Origin: Octopus sinensis
Lineage: Eukaryota
Direction of reading: 5' to 3'
NCBI RefSeq assembly: GCF_006345805.1
Contig: NC_043000.1
Span: 47,988,001-48,052,000, forward strand
DNA length: 64,000 nt
The translations under genes and the position numbers were made by a program. A model generated the notes under the pieces. The model searched no databases. It was not told where the DNA came from and was given only the letters and a program-made list of their open reading frames with translations. This document shows positions 13,225-27,126 of this stretch, in pieces (within the stretch, counting starts at the first letter, position 1; each line of letters begins with the position of its first letter).

Positions 13225-13443
13225 ACGACGGGCTTCTTTCAATTTCCGTCTACCAAATCCACTCACAAGGGTTTGGTCAACCGAAGGCTATAGTAGAAGA
13301 CACCCACGGTGCCATGCAGCAGGACTGAACCCAGAACCATGTAGTTGGTAAGCAAGCTACTTACCACACCGCCACTGCTATATGTATGTATGTATGTATG
13401 TATATATATTTGTTTATATAATATATATGCATACATATATATA

Positions 13444-13620
13444 CTAAGGGAGCTGGGTGAAATGACCTGTCTCCTACATGCTTTAAATAAATGCCAAGGC
13501 ACTAAGTAACTACCCGATAACTACAAAAAGACACAGGTTGTTGATATTCGGCAGTTTCTGAGTGCCTCGGAATTTATTTCAAGCACGTAAGAGACAGGTC
13601 GTTTCTCCCTGGTCCCTTAA
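13444..13620. mobile_element. MITE with ~60-bp imperfect TIRs, TTAA-like flanks (Kolobok-like)
   Basis: 13444-13503 is the imperfect reverse complement of 13561-13620. The ends read CTAA|GGG...CCC|TTAA. Confidence 0.55.
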
Positions 13621-14027
13621 TATAATTATATATATTTATATATATATGTGCCGGTGGCACATAAAAAGCACCATCCGATCGTGGCCATTTGCCAGCCTCA
13701 TCTGGCACTTGTGCTGGTGGCACGTAAAAAGCACCCACTACACTCACGGAGTGGTTGGCGTTAGGAAGGAAATCCAGCCGTAAAAACATTGCCAGATCAG
13801 ACTGGGCCTGGTGCAGCCTTCTGGATTCCGAGACCCCAGTTGAACCATCCAACCCATGCTAGCATGGAAATCGGATGCTAAATGAAGAAGATGATGATGA
13901 TATATGTATATATACATATATATAATCATTAATTTAATATATAAATTACCTATAAATTTTTATTTCATGCTGTCTAGCTGATATAATCATTTACATGATT
14001 TTTTCCTTCAACTCTCTCTCTCACACA

Positions 14028-14081
<54 letters not shown>

Positions 14082-14329
14082 GTATTTTTACATACATATA
14101 TATGTACATAAACACCCATGTACATACAGACACATATATATATATGCATAAGCAAACACATTATCATCTTTATTATCGTCATCATCAATGTTGTATCATC
14201 CACATTTTGTTACTTGTATGAGTCAGACAAAATTTGCTGAATCATTTTTTTTTTTTACAGACCAAACATCATCTATTCTGAACCAAAGTAATATTTTCTT
14301 TAGTTCTTCAAACACAAAAACAGTACAAT

Positions 14330-14560
14330 GGAGAGACATACTCCAAAGAATATTCCAAGAACAATGTCAAGACAAGCCATATATATGTGTCTGAGGAACT
14401 TGCACAAAGTAGATGTAGCGGTTTTTAAATCAAAGCTGGACATCTTCCTGTCGAGAGTCCCAGATGAACCTACCTCACGGCAAGAGGTGCAAATGAGAGT
14501 AGCTATATCAAACTCCATTCTTCACCAGTGCCACATATTAGACGAGGTTCTTCGCAATAA
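14330..14560 (+). mobile_element. CR1/Jockey-group LINE 3' fragment
   Basis: Translates to LRNLHKVDVAVFKSKLDIFLSRVPDEP...SNSILHQ, resembling the FK..LD.FL..VPD.P terminus of CR1-group ORF2. Confidence 0.65.
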
Positions 14561-16459
14561 CAGTGTAGCACAAAACGGAGGTGTATCAGCACGGGCGCAG
14601 CTCTAAGCTGAAACTAGAGGAAAAAAAAAGAAAAAAAGAAAAAAATATACCATAAAAACCCATGTAATTTACTCACGTTTTGTTGCAAAAACAAAAATAA
14701 ACTTTAGTAGGTGCATAAATTACATACGTAGACCATTTTACAAAATTTTTTTTAGAAATTTTCTTTGTTGAAAAATGACATACAAATGTAAACATTCATA
14801 CAGGAAGTTGACTCATTTAATGTGAGAATAGGTTTTTGCAGAAAAAAATATAATAAAGTCGACTTTTATTTATGCTGGACGGTATAATGTTTTCTTTTTC
14901 TGTATAAATTTACAAAAACCATTGAATGGTTAACTACTTTTTGAAGTTCGATGTTCATGCTGATAATCATGGTCCAGGTCATATTTTACATTGCTTGGAG
15001 TTTCTACCTATTACAATGGAGCCCAGGAATTTCCTTAAATAGATCAGCTTTTCTCTGCTTTAGAAGTCTAGCTTGTGTTTGCCTCCAGGAAGCTTTTGCT
15101 CGCTTCCACTGCATTAGGACAATGAAATTCATCACCGCCAACATCGCTGATGACAACATCATAATTCATCCTTGTGCATGTAAACTCACTAAGTGAATAT
15201 GACTTAGCATTCCTACAGAAACCTTCATTTATCTTATACAATGTTTAATGTAGTTTCACATTCATGTTGAATTATGCAGTAATCTTAGGTTCTCTTCATA
15301 GAACACTTGTAATGTATGTATTACCAGTTCTTTTGGTATAGTAGATTTTTGCTATTCTGCTTATGTCTTCTCACAGACATGTATATTCTAACAAGTCGCT
15401 TCTTAAATTTCGCACCTCTCTTGTTTAAGAAACACTGAGTTAAACTTGCAAAACTGCTTATTTTCTCCTTTCAATTTTTAATGTCTATTCTAACAGGTTA
15501 CCAAACTTATCAGTTTGGTCTCCAGGCTAAAACGGTAATGACAGATTTTAAAGTTTGTTTGACATTTTATAAGTGTGAAAGGGATTAAAATTTCGATACT
15601 CCATATCAAAAGTTCCGATAAGAACAGGCAGAAAATCAGAGCTTGAGACTAGAAGACACTTTCTACCAATCAGAATTCTGTTTACATAATCAGTTTGATT
15701 GGTCATTCGAATGATAAATAAAAGACTCTGAAGTGGATAAAATGGGAGAAATGTGGGGAAAAGCATGGTTGATAAAACAGTGAACTCTAAAATAAAATAA
15801 AGGGGTTTAAATAGAAAAAAGACTGAATTACGGGAAGGAAGTAGAGGTATGAATTAATCCCCAAAAGATTTCAAGAAGAATATCAAAGAGAGTGAGAGAG
15901 GTTCATAGGGAATAATAAAGAATGAGAGGGAGAGATGGGATTTAACTCTTTATCATTTAAACCGGCCATATCCAACCAAGTGGAGGCACATGGCCTAGTG
16001 GTTAGAGCAGTGGACTCACGGTCGAGGGATCACGGGTTCAAATCTCAGAACGGGCGATGTGTGTGTTTATGAGTGAAACACCTAAGCTCCACATGGCTCC
16101 GGCAGAAGGTAATGGTGAACTTCAGCTGACTCATTCACCATAACTTTCTCTCACTCTTTCCACTTACATCTTATCTGCAATGGACCGGTGTCCTGTCCAG
16201 GTGGGGAACCTATACGCCAAGGAAACCAGGAAACTAGCCCTATGACGGCTTTGAAAGGAACAAACAATATCCAGCCAAAATATTCTAGCTGTTTTATGTT
16301 TGAACTGGCAAGATCTGGTTTCTCAAGTCTACCCTACAATGTCATTCTAAAAAATTATCTCTTGCCTCAGATATATATATATATATTTATATTTATATAT
16401 ACATATATATACATATATATATATATACATATATATAATATATATATATATATATATAC

Positions 16460-16495
<36 letters not shown>

Positions 16496-16501
16496 ATATT
16501 C

Positions 16502-16545
<44 letters not shown>

Positions 16546-16889
16546 TGCATATATATACATACATATATATATATAAATATATATATTTAGGTATTAGTAT
16601 ATATGTGTGCATGTGTATGTGTATGTGTATATATGTATGTACATATGTGTGTGAGAGGAAAGTTAGACTTAAGAGGAATAAGATGTAGTGTGCAAGAGAA
16701 AGTGTGCCTCATCACAATCTCAATGCTACAAGATAACGCATGATTAATTCATAACAAATTGAAAGAATAAGCATTACTTGTGACAGAATAAAGTGAATGC
16801 TAAAGGGTTAAATATAAAGAGGAAATGAAATCATGAGAGAACATTGGTAAATATCTAAAAGAATGTTGGCGAAAGAGAGAGAGAGAGAG

Positions 16890-17225
16890 AGAATTCTTAT
16901 TAGACTTGCATTCCATCAGCTATGATGACAAGGCTTCTGGTAAATCTGATCAACAGAACAGCCTGCTATTGAAATTAATATACAAGTGGCTGGGCACTCC
17001 ACAGACAGGTATGCCCTTAACATAGTTCTCAAGGAGATTCAGTGTGACACAGAATGCAATAAGGCTGGCCCTTTGAATTACAGGTGTAACTAATTTTTGA
17101 CAACTGAGTGGAGTGGAGCAACATGAAATAAATTAAGTGTCTTGCTCAAGGATATAAGGCTCGACCAGGAAACAAACTCATGATGTTACAACCATGAGCG
17201 AAATACTCCTAACCAATCGACCACG
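16890..17225 (-). mobile_element. Degenerate tRNA-headed SINE (additional family)
   Basis: Minus head CGTGGTCGATTGGTTAGGAG... followed by a CCTTGAGCAAGACACTT core motif. Confidence 0.5.
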
Positions 17226-17566
17226 AGTCTTTGTGTCTCAGTAGAATTCTCAGCAGAATAATATGAAATGATTCTGATGGGGTTTTATTTTAATTGAGTG
17301 AGAGAAAAACTGAAGTATTGGCAAATGAAATTTTGAACAAAATTTTATCAGAAAAAGTGATTATGAAAATGAATGTAAAGTGTGCTTTGTGTGGCATGAA
17401 AATCCAATAATGGTTTTACCAAACAAAATAGAATGAAAACACGAGTACATGTAAATGTGAATGAAACGTTAAATTTATTTGGATAAAGACTAAACCTAAA
17501 GAAGCCAGTGGAAACAAAAGAAATGGTTGCAGTGAGAGAACAAATTAGGAGTAGGTTAAATATACA

Positions 17567-17984
17567 TATGAGGTGGTACCTTGCAAAAAAAACCCAGAAT
17601 TTTGCTATATCATTTTATTCACTTAGTTTTACATGTTTACCATTTTTACTGCCTTCAAAATATTCTCCACTTGAAGCAATGCATCTGTCCAGATGATTTT
17701 TCCTCAGTTTAATGCTGGAACTTTTGCAAAGTGATGCCTTTTAATGCCTCCATGTTTTTTTTCTTCACCTTTTCCTCACCGGCAAATTCCGTAGCACCAG
17801 CTTTTGTCACCAGTGATGACCTTCGAAAAAATGTCTGGATCAACTTCCAACTATTCTTTCAGCTGCCAGTTGGGAAACTGATATCTGAGGGTTGCATCAA
17901 GGGGCTTCTAGCAGCAGAAGTCTGAACTACAATGGGCTTGTCCCACAGAGAACGTTTCCACTTACTTTTGGGTACCTCCTCATA
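17567..17984 (-). mobile_element. Internally deleted mariner (same family as 20777-22048)
   Basis: Both ends match the ends of the 20777-22048 element in reverse orientation. It retains KVITGDKSWCYG and the 3' coding end, and has TA termini. Confidence 0.8.
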
Positions 17985-18608
17985 TATGTGTATTATAAGT
18001 GTCTAGGGTTAAGTAGGGAATTTATAGGTAAGTGTGGGTTAAAAACTGGAATAGGCTAAAATCCAGAACTTTTAGCCAATTTTTTTTGTCAGTTAGTGTC
18101 AGCAAGTAGAACACTTGATAATTAAGTATAGGTAAATGATACTGAGAAGATAGCTGATGGTTGATAACAATGAAAGTAAACTTTTATGCTGTCAAAATAG
18201 ATTTATAAGTTAAATATTTTGTGATGTCAGTGGAAAATGTAGTAAAATAGAAAATAGTTGAAATTTAAACATACACAGGTTCATGCATGGCTTTGTATAG
18301 GTGCAGATTGTGTGGTTAAGAAGCTTGCTTCCCAACCATGTGGTCTTGGGTTCAGACCCAATTTTGGGCACCTTGAATAACAAGTGTTTTCAACTGTAGC
18401 TCTTCCATGCTTTACATAAAGTTTAAGGAATTTAAAACAACATAAAGGAGTGTCAGTCACTGAAATTCGATGGAAAGTATGGAAGAGGGAGATCTAAGGA
18501 GACATGGGACAAAGTACTGAAGACTGATCTCAAAATGTTGATCCTTATGAAGAAAATGACAAATGAGGTCTTCTTGAGTACAGCAAGGTCATCATCGTCA
18601 TCATAAAC

Positions 18609-18649
<41 letters not shown>

Positions 18650-19373
18650 CCTTGCTGTACTCAAGAAGACCTGCCCACCACAGCAGAATTGATATCCTAA
18701 AAGCAAGGTGCCACATAAAAAGCACTGGTAATGGTGCCATGTAAAAAAACACTTTGTAAACTCTGTGAAGTGGTTGGCATTAGGAAGGGTATCCAGCCAT
18801 AGAAATTAAACCAAAACAGACTATGGGATCTAGTGTAGCTCCTGACTAGGAGCAGCTCCAGTCGAGCCGTTCATCACATGCCAGTATAGAAAAAGGACAT
18901 TAAATGATGATGATGTGTGTGTGTGCAGTGTTAGAAGGGAATAGTATTGATGTTGAAAGAATTGTAAAATAGATGTCCTCTACTGCAGGGATCCACAAAA
19001 AAACAATTACTAAGCTGTAACCCCCAAAAGAAAAAAAGAAAAGAAAAATATAAATGAAATTTGGGGATTTCTAGTCTTTAATAATGAATAGACAAAATTG
19101 AGTTTGTATCCATATTCTTTCCCATGGGTTCAGCCAAATTTAAAAATTCATAAACACTGTATTGATTTTCTTAAGCACAGCAATTTGTCCCGCTTTGTTT
19201 CATCCCACGTGAGCCCCACCAGGAAAACCTGGCACTTTTACTACTGGAAATACTAATCTAGCAGAGTGTTAAAACAGGTGATTTTTTTTTTTATGGTAGA
19301 TAAATGCATGCCTTTCATTCTACAGATATCTTTGGGGAAATTTTCTGTGGGCATTTTTTAAAGTTTTTCAAGG

Positions 19374-19605
19374 TGGCGAGTTGGCAGAAACGTTAGCACG
19401 CCGGGCGAACTGCTCAGGGATATTTTGTCCACTACTGCATTCTGAGTTCAAATTCCGCCAAGGTCGACTTTGCCTTTCATCCTTTTAAGGGGTCGATAAA
19501 TTAAGTACCAGTTATGCCCTGGGGTCGATGGAATCGACTTAATCCGTTTGTCTGTCCTTGTTTGTCCCCTCTGTGTTTAGCACCTTGTGGGTAGTAAAGA
19601 AATAG
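19374..19605 (+). mobile_element. SINE family B, near full length
   Basis: GGTGGCGAGTTGGCAGAAACGTTAGCACG...GAGTTCAAATTCCGCC...GGTCGATAAATTAAGTACCAG...GTAGTAAAGAAATAGG; matches 48690-48920. Confidence 0.8.
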
Positions 19606-20776
19606 GTATTTTCCCCATCACTACATTCGGAGTTTAATTTCCACTGAAGTCGACTTTACCTTTCATATATTCGGGGTCAATAAAATAAGTACCTGTTGAA
19701 CACTGGGGTCAATGTAATTGACCCCTCCCCTCCCCTAAAATAGCTGCCCTTGTGACAAAATTTAAAACTGTTATTTTAACTTCTCTACAAAGTGGTGGAA
19801 TGGTGGAATCACTTGAGCATTGGAGAAAAAAATTGCCTTTCACTATTTCTTTTGATTCTCTATGTTCTGAGTTCAAATCCTACCAAGGTCAATCTTGTTA
19901 CTTTGCTTTCATTCTTCCATATTCAATTAAATAAATGTACTACTCAAATTCAAGGGCCGATGGTATCAATTCACTCCAACCATTAGAAATTGTTAGCCTT
20001 GTACCTAAATTTTAAAAAAACCATTATTTCGAATTTCCTAATCAGAGTATGATTCTCACTAAAAGTGTATTGTCCTTAATTAATTCTGTGATTTTAGTAA
20101 TTCATATGATGATTATGTTTCATTGAGGAGATTGCCTAAAGGATAAATGAAACATGTTTGAAGTTGATACCCATGATAGCTAATAACAAGGTGGTGAGCT
20201 AGTAGAATTGTTAGCAGGCCAAGCAAAATGCTTAGCAGCATTTCTTCTGGCATTACATTCTGAGTTCAAATTCTGCCAAGGTCAACTTTGCCTTTTATCC
20301 TTTCAGAGTCGATAAATTAAGTACCAGTGAATCACTGAGGTCGATGCAATTGGCTAGCCCCTCCCCCAAAATTTCAGGTCTTGTGCCTTTAGTAGAAAAG
20401 ATTGACTCATTTCTTTCCTGCACTTAATGTACATATTTTCATTCAAGAAGCTTCCTTGGGAAACTAACTTATATCATTGTTTTGAATTATTTTCCCATTA
20501 AAGCTACATCCACGAAATGTCTGGTAAGCAGGCTGTACTTGGCTGAGAGGACTAACAAGGTGGAAAAATTATCATTGTTTTAACCAAAACTCACACTCTC
20601 TCCATATTATGTCTTTTCAGGGTCAATAAAATAAGTACCACTTGAACACTGGGTCAATGTAATCGACTTACACACTCTTCTCAAATTACTGTCCTTGGGA
20701 CAAAATCTGAAATCAGTATTTAACAGAAATAACTGAGTGACTCAGGAGTTGAGAGTTACATGCATTAACTAATATA

Positions 20777-22045
20777 TATAAGGGGGTACCAAAAAGTAAC
20801 TGAAAACGTTCTCTGTGGGACAAGCCTGTGGTACTTCAAGCTTCCACTGCTAGAAGCCACTTGATGCAAACCTCAGGCATCAGTCTGCTGACCAGCATCC
20901 CTGAGTGATGTTGTGCTGCCATGTGGGGCATCTCTGTTTTGCAGGGCTTTTACCCTGTACGTTGATTTTTGAGATGGCTGAAATGAAGGAATAGTGTGCT
21001 TCCATGAAATTTTGTTTTCTGCTGAGGAAAATGGTGGCTGAAACAGTTGTCTTGCTTCAAACAGCTTACAAGGACACTGCCATGAGCAAAACACAAGATT
21101 ATGAGTGGCTTTCACACTTCAGAAATGGTCACTTGTTGCTTGAAGACCAGCCTTGATCAGGGCAACTGTCAACCTCCCAAATGAATGAAAACATCCACAA
21201 AATTTCATGAACTGATATTGGAGGACCACCACAGAATAATTGATGAATTCGTTGATATGACTGCTGTGTCCTGGAGCTCCTGCCAACGAATTTTGGGGGA
21301 GGAATTGCAAAATTTGTGCCTCGCTTGCTCACAGAAGATCAAAAGCAGTCATGACTAAAAGCATGACATTAACTGAAAGAACACTTGGAAGATGATCCAG
21401 ATCTCTTCTTGAAGGTCATCACTGAAAGCTGGTGCTATGGCTACAACTTGGAAACAAAGCAATGGAAGCATTCAATATTACCATGCCCCCAAAAAGCATA
21501 TCAAGTGAAGTCCAATATGGTTTATTTCATTGATGTGAAAGGAATTGTCTACACAGAATTTGTTCCTCTTTGTCAAACTGTTAACCAGACATTTAGGCTG
21601 TTCTGAAGCATTTGTGAGATGTGGTGAGATGAAAGCACCACGACCTGTGACAAAGTAGAGAGTGGTGTTTTCTTCACAACAATGTGCCTGTGAACACTGC
21701 CTTGAGTGTAAAACAGTTTTTGACCAAAAATGTCATGACCCTGCTTACCCACCCTCTCTATTCACCCAATCTTGCTCCCTGCAACTTTTTTTTGAGACCC
21801 CAAATGAAAAAGGTCCTGAAAGGAAAACGTTTTGAAGATGTGCAAGAGGTGAAGAAAAAACAATGCAGGTTTTGAAAGGCATCACTTTGCAGGAGTTCCA
21901 AGACTGATTCAAACAGTAGAAAACATGACTGGATCGATGTACTGCTTCAAATGGAGAATTCTTTGAAGGCGATAAAAGTGTAAACATGTAAAGTTAAATG
22001 AATGAAAATTATATTGCAAAATTCCCATTTCTTTTGGATACCCTC

Positions 22046-22048
<3 letters not shown>
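20777..22048 (+). mobile_element. Full-length (~1.27 kb) mariner transposon, transposase pseudogenised
   Basis: Motifs FVPRLLTEDQK, KVIT(GD)ESWCYGY and YSPNLAPCNFFL, with many stops and frameshifts. Degenerate TIRs TATAAGGGGGTACCAAAAAG / CTTTTGGATACCCTCATA with TA ends. Confidence 0.88.
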
Positions 22049-22079
<31 letters not shown>

Positions 22080-22451
22080 ATGCATATATATGTATGTGTG
22101 TATATATATGTATACACACATACATATCATTTATTGAGGCTCACTTTTCCTTATTTGCATTATCAGATAGTAGGATTCCTATTTGAAGGGCATTTTGTAT
22201 GTATGTATGTATGGTATATATTTTGATTCTGACTATCACACCAGTTTTCTTTTTTCAAGTCTTGTGTGTTTACTACAGCATTACCCAATGTAGTCATCTT
22301 TTGTTTTAAGATAACAGAGTGTGATTAGCAAGAATTTTGCTGATATTCCTAGCAAGTTTGACTGAATATATGAAGCTCCCCTTGTTGACTATTTAAGCAT
22401 TTTGCACCAGGTGTAAGAAGACTGCAAACTTCAAACTTTTTGTTAATTCTT

Positions 22452-22679
22452 TAACCCATTCATAACCATGTCTCAGCCAAATGACTTCTAATTAATTTTT
22501 AAAATGATTAATAATTTGAAGAGATTTAATAATATAAATCTTTTGCATTATTCAGCTGATATTTGGAACCTAACAAAAAAAAAAATATAAAATGATAGAT
22601 TTAATTTGAATTTGAGCATAAATTTCAGTCTTTATATGATAGAACCAGAAGCAGTTTCAAGTGGTATCAAAAGAGTTAA
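22452..22679. mobile_element. Possible degenerate piggyBac-like MITE
   Basis: TTAACCC... and ...GAGTTAA ends with weak inverted similarity. Confidence 0.3.
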
Positions 22680-22713
22680 TAACCTACACAAGTGTGGTTG
22701 CATTCATGTTTAC

Positions 22714-22851
22714 CCAAGGTCTTTTGATATTTGATTCCATGATCTACACTTTGAACAAGAATTTTTCTGCATTTGACAATCAGAACATAGGATACAACTT
22801 CAGAAACTTTCATCAGAACATCTCGACTCGATGGGATACAATCTTTCAAAG
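22714..22851 (-). CDS. Candidate coding exon (phase 1-1): (A)LKDCIPSSRDVLMKVSEVVSYVLIVKCRKILVQSVDHGIKYQKTL(G); product unknown
   Basis: Open frame between an AG acceptor and a G|GTAAAC donor in otherwise unique sequence. No homology recognised. Confidence 0.25.
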
Positions 22852-23884
22852 CTTAAGTGCAGATACATTTCTACTCAATCATGAAAACATAAAATGCAAT
22901 ATATCAATGATTAATCCTTTAATCTTTAACATTATGTTCTATTGCTCATAAAAAAAAACATCCAATAAAAACAAAATATTGATAGCCATACCTTTGTGGG
23001 TACAACACAACAAAAATGATACTTGCTCTCAAAGACCCTACCTATAAGTCAAAGGCTGAAAGCAATAAGATTTCCGTGAATGAGATTTTCATATGATTTG
23101 TAGCACTGTAGTGGTCTATGCTCAGCATCCTAGGGCCCCCACATATATATATATATTAGTAATTTTACTCCAATTCTCCTTTCACAGAACAGTTTGTTTT
23201 CTCATTCATTTGTTACTGGATCTTCAATCATTCAAACCACAATAACTAACATGACTACACCAGACTAAACACATTCATCTCAACTTAACGTTACAGACAC
23301 TGTAACAACCTCCAAGGTGATTTGATGCAAAAGGTTTCTTGAAAGATTTATTGGTTGTATAATTCAGTAATTAAACCATTACTACACGAGATGCAGTTCA
23401 GAGCTTTTAGCAAGTGATCACTATTTAAAATAGGCATCTGAAGGTTTTATCAAACATGCTGTCTATTGCAGGTCTCTTTTAATTTCATTGATGTCATCTC
23501 ACTGCCAGAAGCTCTTCTGTGACTTGTTTAGTTGATCAACTGAGGTCAATATCAAGATAACACTTGTAGGTAAAGATAGGGAATGACATAAACATGTGAA
23601 CAAGCTTGATTAATTTCTCATAACAAGTGAACAGCTATTAACCATGGTGAATTACTAACACTTATTTTCTCTCTACTAAATTAACTTTTATCTCATCTCT
23701 TCTATTGAGTAATGTGAAATAACTGAGTTAACTCATTCCACTAGTTTCCCATTGGTTTTGGGTTCATTCACCATTGTTAGTGCTTCCCAGGTAGTGTTTC
23801 CTGACAGGAACACTTCAGTCTATTCTCCTTAATTATTGTAATTTAGCTGTTAGAAACAGAGAACAGATCTTTGAGAAGATTAAC

Positions 23885-24490
23885 CCAGGAATTACAACCA
23901 TGTTTCGTGGTCTGCTACCACAACAGCTCCTTTATAAGATCCAGTTAGCTCAAGACATCATCAGGAGGAACCATGTCCGGTTTCGGCCCCTACTCCTCTA
24001 CTGTTTTGATGTGGCGCCTCCCCTCCTTTTGGAGGTGTCTTCAGCTCTGGTGTTGGGCGCATGTCTTCTTTCTTCTGTTCCCTGGCCTCTTCAATGTACC
24101 GTCAGTGAGTGTCAGCCGGTGACTGACTGTCTTGTCAAATTTTTCCCTTTAAATACTTGCTGCATAGGCTCAGGCAGGCAGCCCCAGCAAGTTGTCACAT
24201 GACACTCTCTCACCTTAACTGACTAGTGAAGGCGCGTAGTTTTAGCCCGCGCTTTTTCTAGAATGTTAAGCTAACATTCTACACTCTTTCCATTCCACTG
24301 AACCAGCATTTCCCTGGTGATATCCTTGTCAAACATTATATCCTTGTCATGCAATTTCATGTGTGAATTCAGAGATGATTTCCTGCTGTCTCCTGGTATT
24401 ATTTTATAAGGCATCATCCTCTCAGCTTGATATGGATAAATTGACCACACTTACCTGGACATTGGAAACATATTGTACAATTCTCTAACA
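23885..24490 (-). mobile_element. Degenerate Penelope-like element 3' end (GIY-YIG remnant + pLTR with two decayed hammerhead-like motif sets)
   Basis: Minus translation contains CFQCPGKCGQF and SSLNSHMKLH. Downstream are CTGAAGA...CGAAACCGG and CTGATGA...AGACCACGAAACATG. Confidence 0.45.
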
Positions 24491-24984
24491 GCAACTCAGC
24501 CAGTTCATCATTTTGGTGTAGTACTTTATTTTATTAACCCCCAGGATAGTGAAAAAGAAAGCTAATTTAACAGAATTTGATCTCAGGACATGTAGAGCTG
24601 GAATAAATACCAACAGTATTTTGTCCAACACTCTCATGTTTCTGCCACCTGACAGCCAATTCATTGCTAAATGCCATTAAAGACCAAAACACGAACATTA
24701 GACATTTCTTGGAGTCATTTAATATTATCATTAACCCCAAGGTTGATGAGCTACAAGATCATTAGTGTAATTAACGATGCCTCTTTAATTCATGAATTCA
24801 AATCTTGACAAGATTCACATTGTCATTTTCTCTTTTGGGAATCATAAAGGTAAATACCAGTCATTTACAAGGGCCTACTAAATCAGATTTATACTCTCTC
24901 CCTTCAAGAAATCAATATTGTAGTTTAACCTGAATGTGTGACTGGTAGAATTAACAAAGCAATAAATTAAATACTGTGTGATAT

Positions 24985-25100
24985 TTAACCTTTAACACAC
25001 TACATTTTCTCTAGAATTGTTTCCCCTACCACTGCCCTGTTACTACAGGACTGAAAACTCATATGGTGACATGATGCACCTACAGTGTGCTAAAGGTTAA
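24985..25100. mobile_element. piggyBac-like MITE (~108 bp, TTAA TSD)
   Basis: TTAA|CCTTTAACACACT ... AGTGTGCTAAAGG|TTAA, a 12/13 TIR match. Confidence 0.55.
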
Positions 25101-27126
25101 AACATCTCTTTTACTCATTTCAGTCATTTGACTGTGGTCATGCTGGAGCACCGCCTTCAATCAAGCAAATCAGCCCCAGGACTTATTCTTTGTAAGCCTA
25201 GTACTTATTTTATCAGTCTCTTTTGCCAAACTGCTAAGTTACAGGGATATAAACACACCAACACCTGTTATGAAGTAGTGGTGGGGGAGGAACAAACACA
25301 AATACAAAGACACAGACATAGATATATAACTTATATATGATAGGCTTCTTTCAGTTTCCATTTACTGAATCCACTCAAAAGTGTACTGCGTGCTTTATTT
25401 TGTCTTTCATGGCACCAGCACAAGTGAGGATTGCCTTATAACATGCATGGCAATGCACCAAAAAGTGTTATTGATTACAGTAACGTTTTTAGGACCCTGT
25501 TATTCCATTTCCTAAAATTAGATTTTATAATTTTGTGTATAAAATGGAAAGACTAAAAAAAAATGCAATATAAAAATAATGCTAAAATACATTTATAAGT
25601 ATTAATTAATTACTCATTCCATGGTAAATAAAACAAGCTGTAAATTTATTTTCACTCATCTGTTTTATCCAGCTGCATACAGACATACAAATTATTATCA
25701 TGGATGATTGCCAAAACAAGTTACTATCACATCCATGAAATAAATGCTAGTTCACCCAACTCTTCAAATATCTTTGCTTTGATTATATTGAAGAAAAAAA
25801 CAAACCTTCATTGATTTATCAGTGACACCAGTTGTTACTATTGCCACTGCTTCAAAGATTTGTTTTTCTTATTTTCAAACTGTACAGCTTTCATTTATCT
25901 TCGCAAGATAAATTTATCAGTCACTTATCCTTACTAGGATAGATTATTCAAATATGTGTACATCTTTCAGTACGTCATGTTATTATGATTTTGGCCTTAC
26001 ATGATTTTCAGTTTTAGTCACAAACATGCAAACATTTATGTATATATATATATATATATATATGGGTACTTGTATTTCTTTTATATATTATTGTATATCT
26101 CTACGAATGAATGCAGAGCAATTTGTTGGCAGAGCATGAAATCTCAAGCTATAGAATTATCCAAAATTTTGTATATTTTCTTGCTAATTTCCTTACATTT
26201 GACCTGTGGTTGAATATAAAGAACAAATTTGATAAAAAGCACCATCCAAACATGACTGATGCCAGTACCCCCTGACTCGCTCCCATGCCAGTGGCATGTA
26301 AAAAGCACCCACTACACTCTTGGCATCTAGTTGTAGAAACATTGCAAGATCTGATTGGAGCCTGGTGCAGTCGCTGGCTCTCCAAACCTCAGTCAAACCG
26401 TCTGACCCATGCCAACATGGAAAACAGACGTTAAACGATGATGATAATGTGATGATATACTCTTTCTCTTTTTACTCTTTTACTTGTTTCAGTCATTTGA
26501 CTGTGGCCATGCTGGAGCACTGCCTTTAATCGAGCAACTCAACCCTGGGACTTATTCTTTTGTAAGCCCAGTACTTATTATATCAGTCTCTTTCGCCGAA
26601 CCGCTAAGTAACGGGAACATAAACACACCAGCATCAGTTGTCAAGCAATGCTAAGGGGACAAACACAGACACACATGCATATATATATATACATATATAC
26701 GACAGGCTTCTTTTCAGTTTCCGTCTACCAAATCCACTCACAAGGCTGAACCCGGAACCATGTGGTTGGTAAACAAGCTACTTACCACAGCCACTCCTGC
26801 ACCTATATATATATATATATACAAACCACATGTGTAACAACAAATGAAATAGACTTCAATATTACTGGAATTAAAAGGCAGATTAATTTAAAATTTAATT
26901 CTAATTTTTATACTTTAATATTTCAATTTTTTAATATTTTTAATTCCTTAATTTCTTCATTTTAATTTCTTTTTTCATTATTTTATTTCATTTAATATAT
27001 ATAATTCTATTAATTCGACTCTACATGGCCACATAAAGGTTCTTTTTAATCACAGTCTCATAATCCAGTCTATAAGGGTTGCTACCTTTGAAAGATCAAA
27101 AGATTCTGTGACAATCTTCAGCTTAC

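Noticed and set aside
15008-15225. Minus-strand frame ...HAQG*IMMLSSAMLAVMNFIVLMQWKRAKASW... read as a selenoprotein or recoded TGA
   Set aside because: No SECIS or homology was recognised, and short protein-looking frames arise by chance.
15497-15534. Plus-strand 38-bp micro-exon candidate (GYQTYQFGLQAKT)
   Set aside because: The splice signals are plausible, but it is isolated, on the opposite strand to the other candidates, and has no recognised homology.
25700-25870. hAT (Charlie/FAM200-like) transposase remnant on minus
   Set aside because: The resemblance (IVTTGVTD..., DIFEEL) is weak and needs frameshifts; no TIRs were found.
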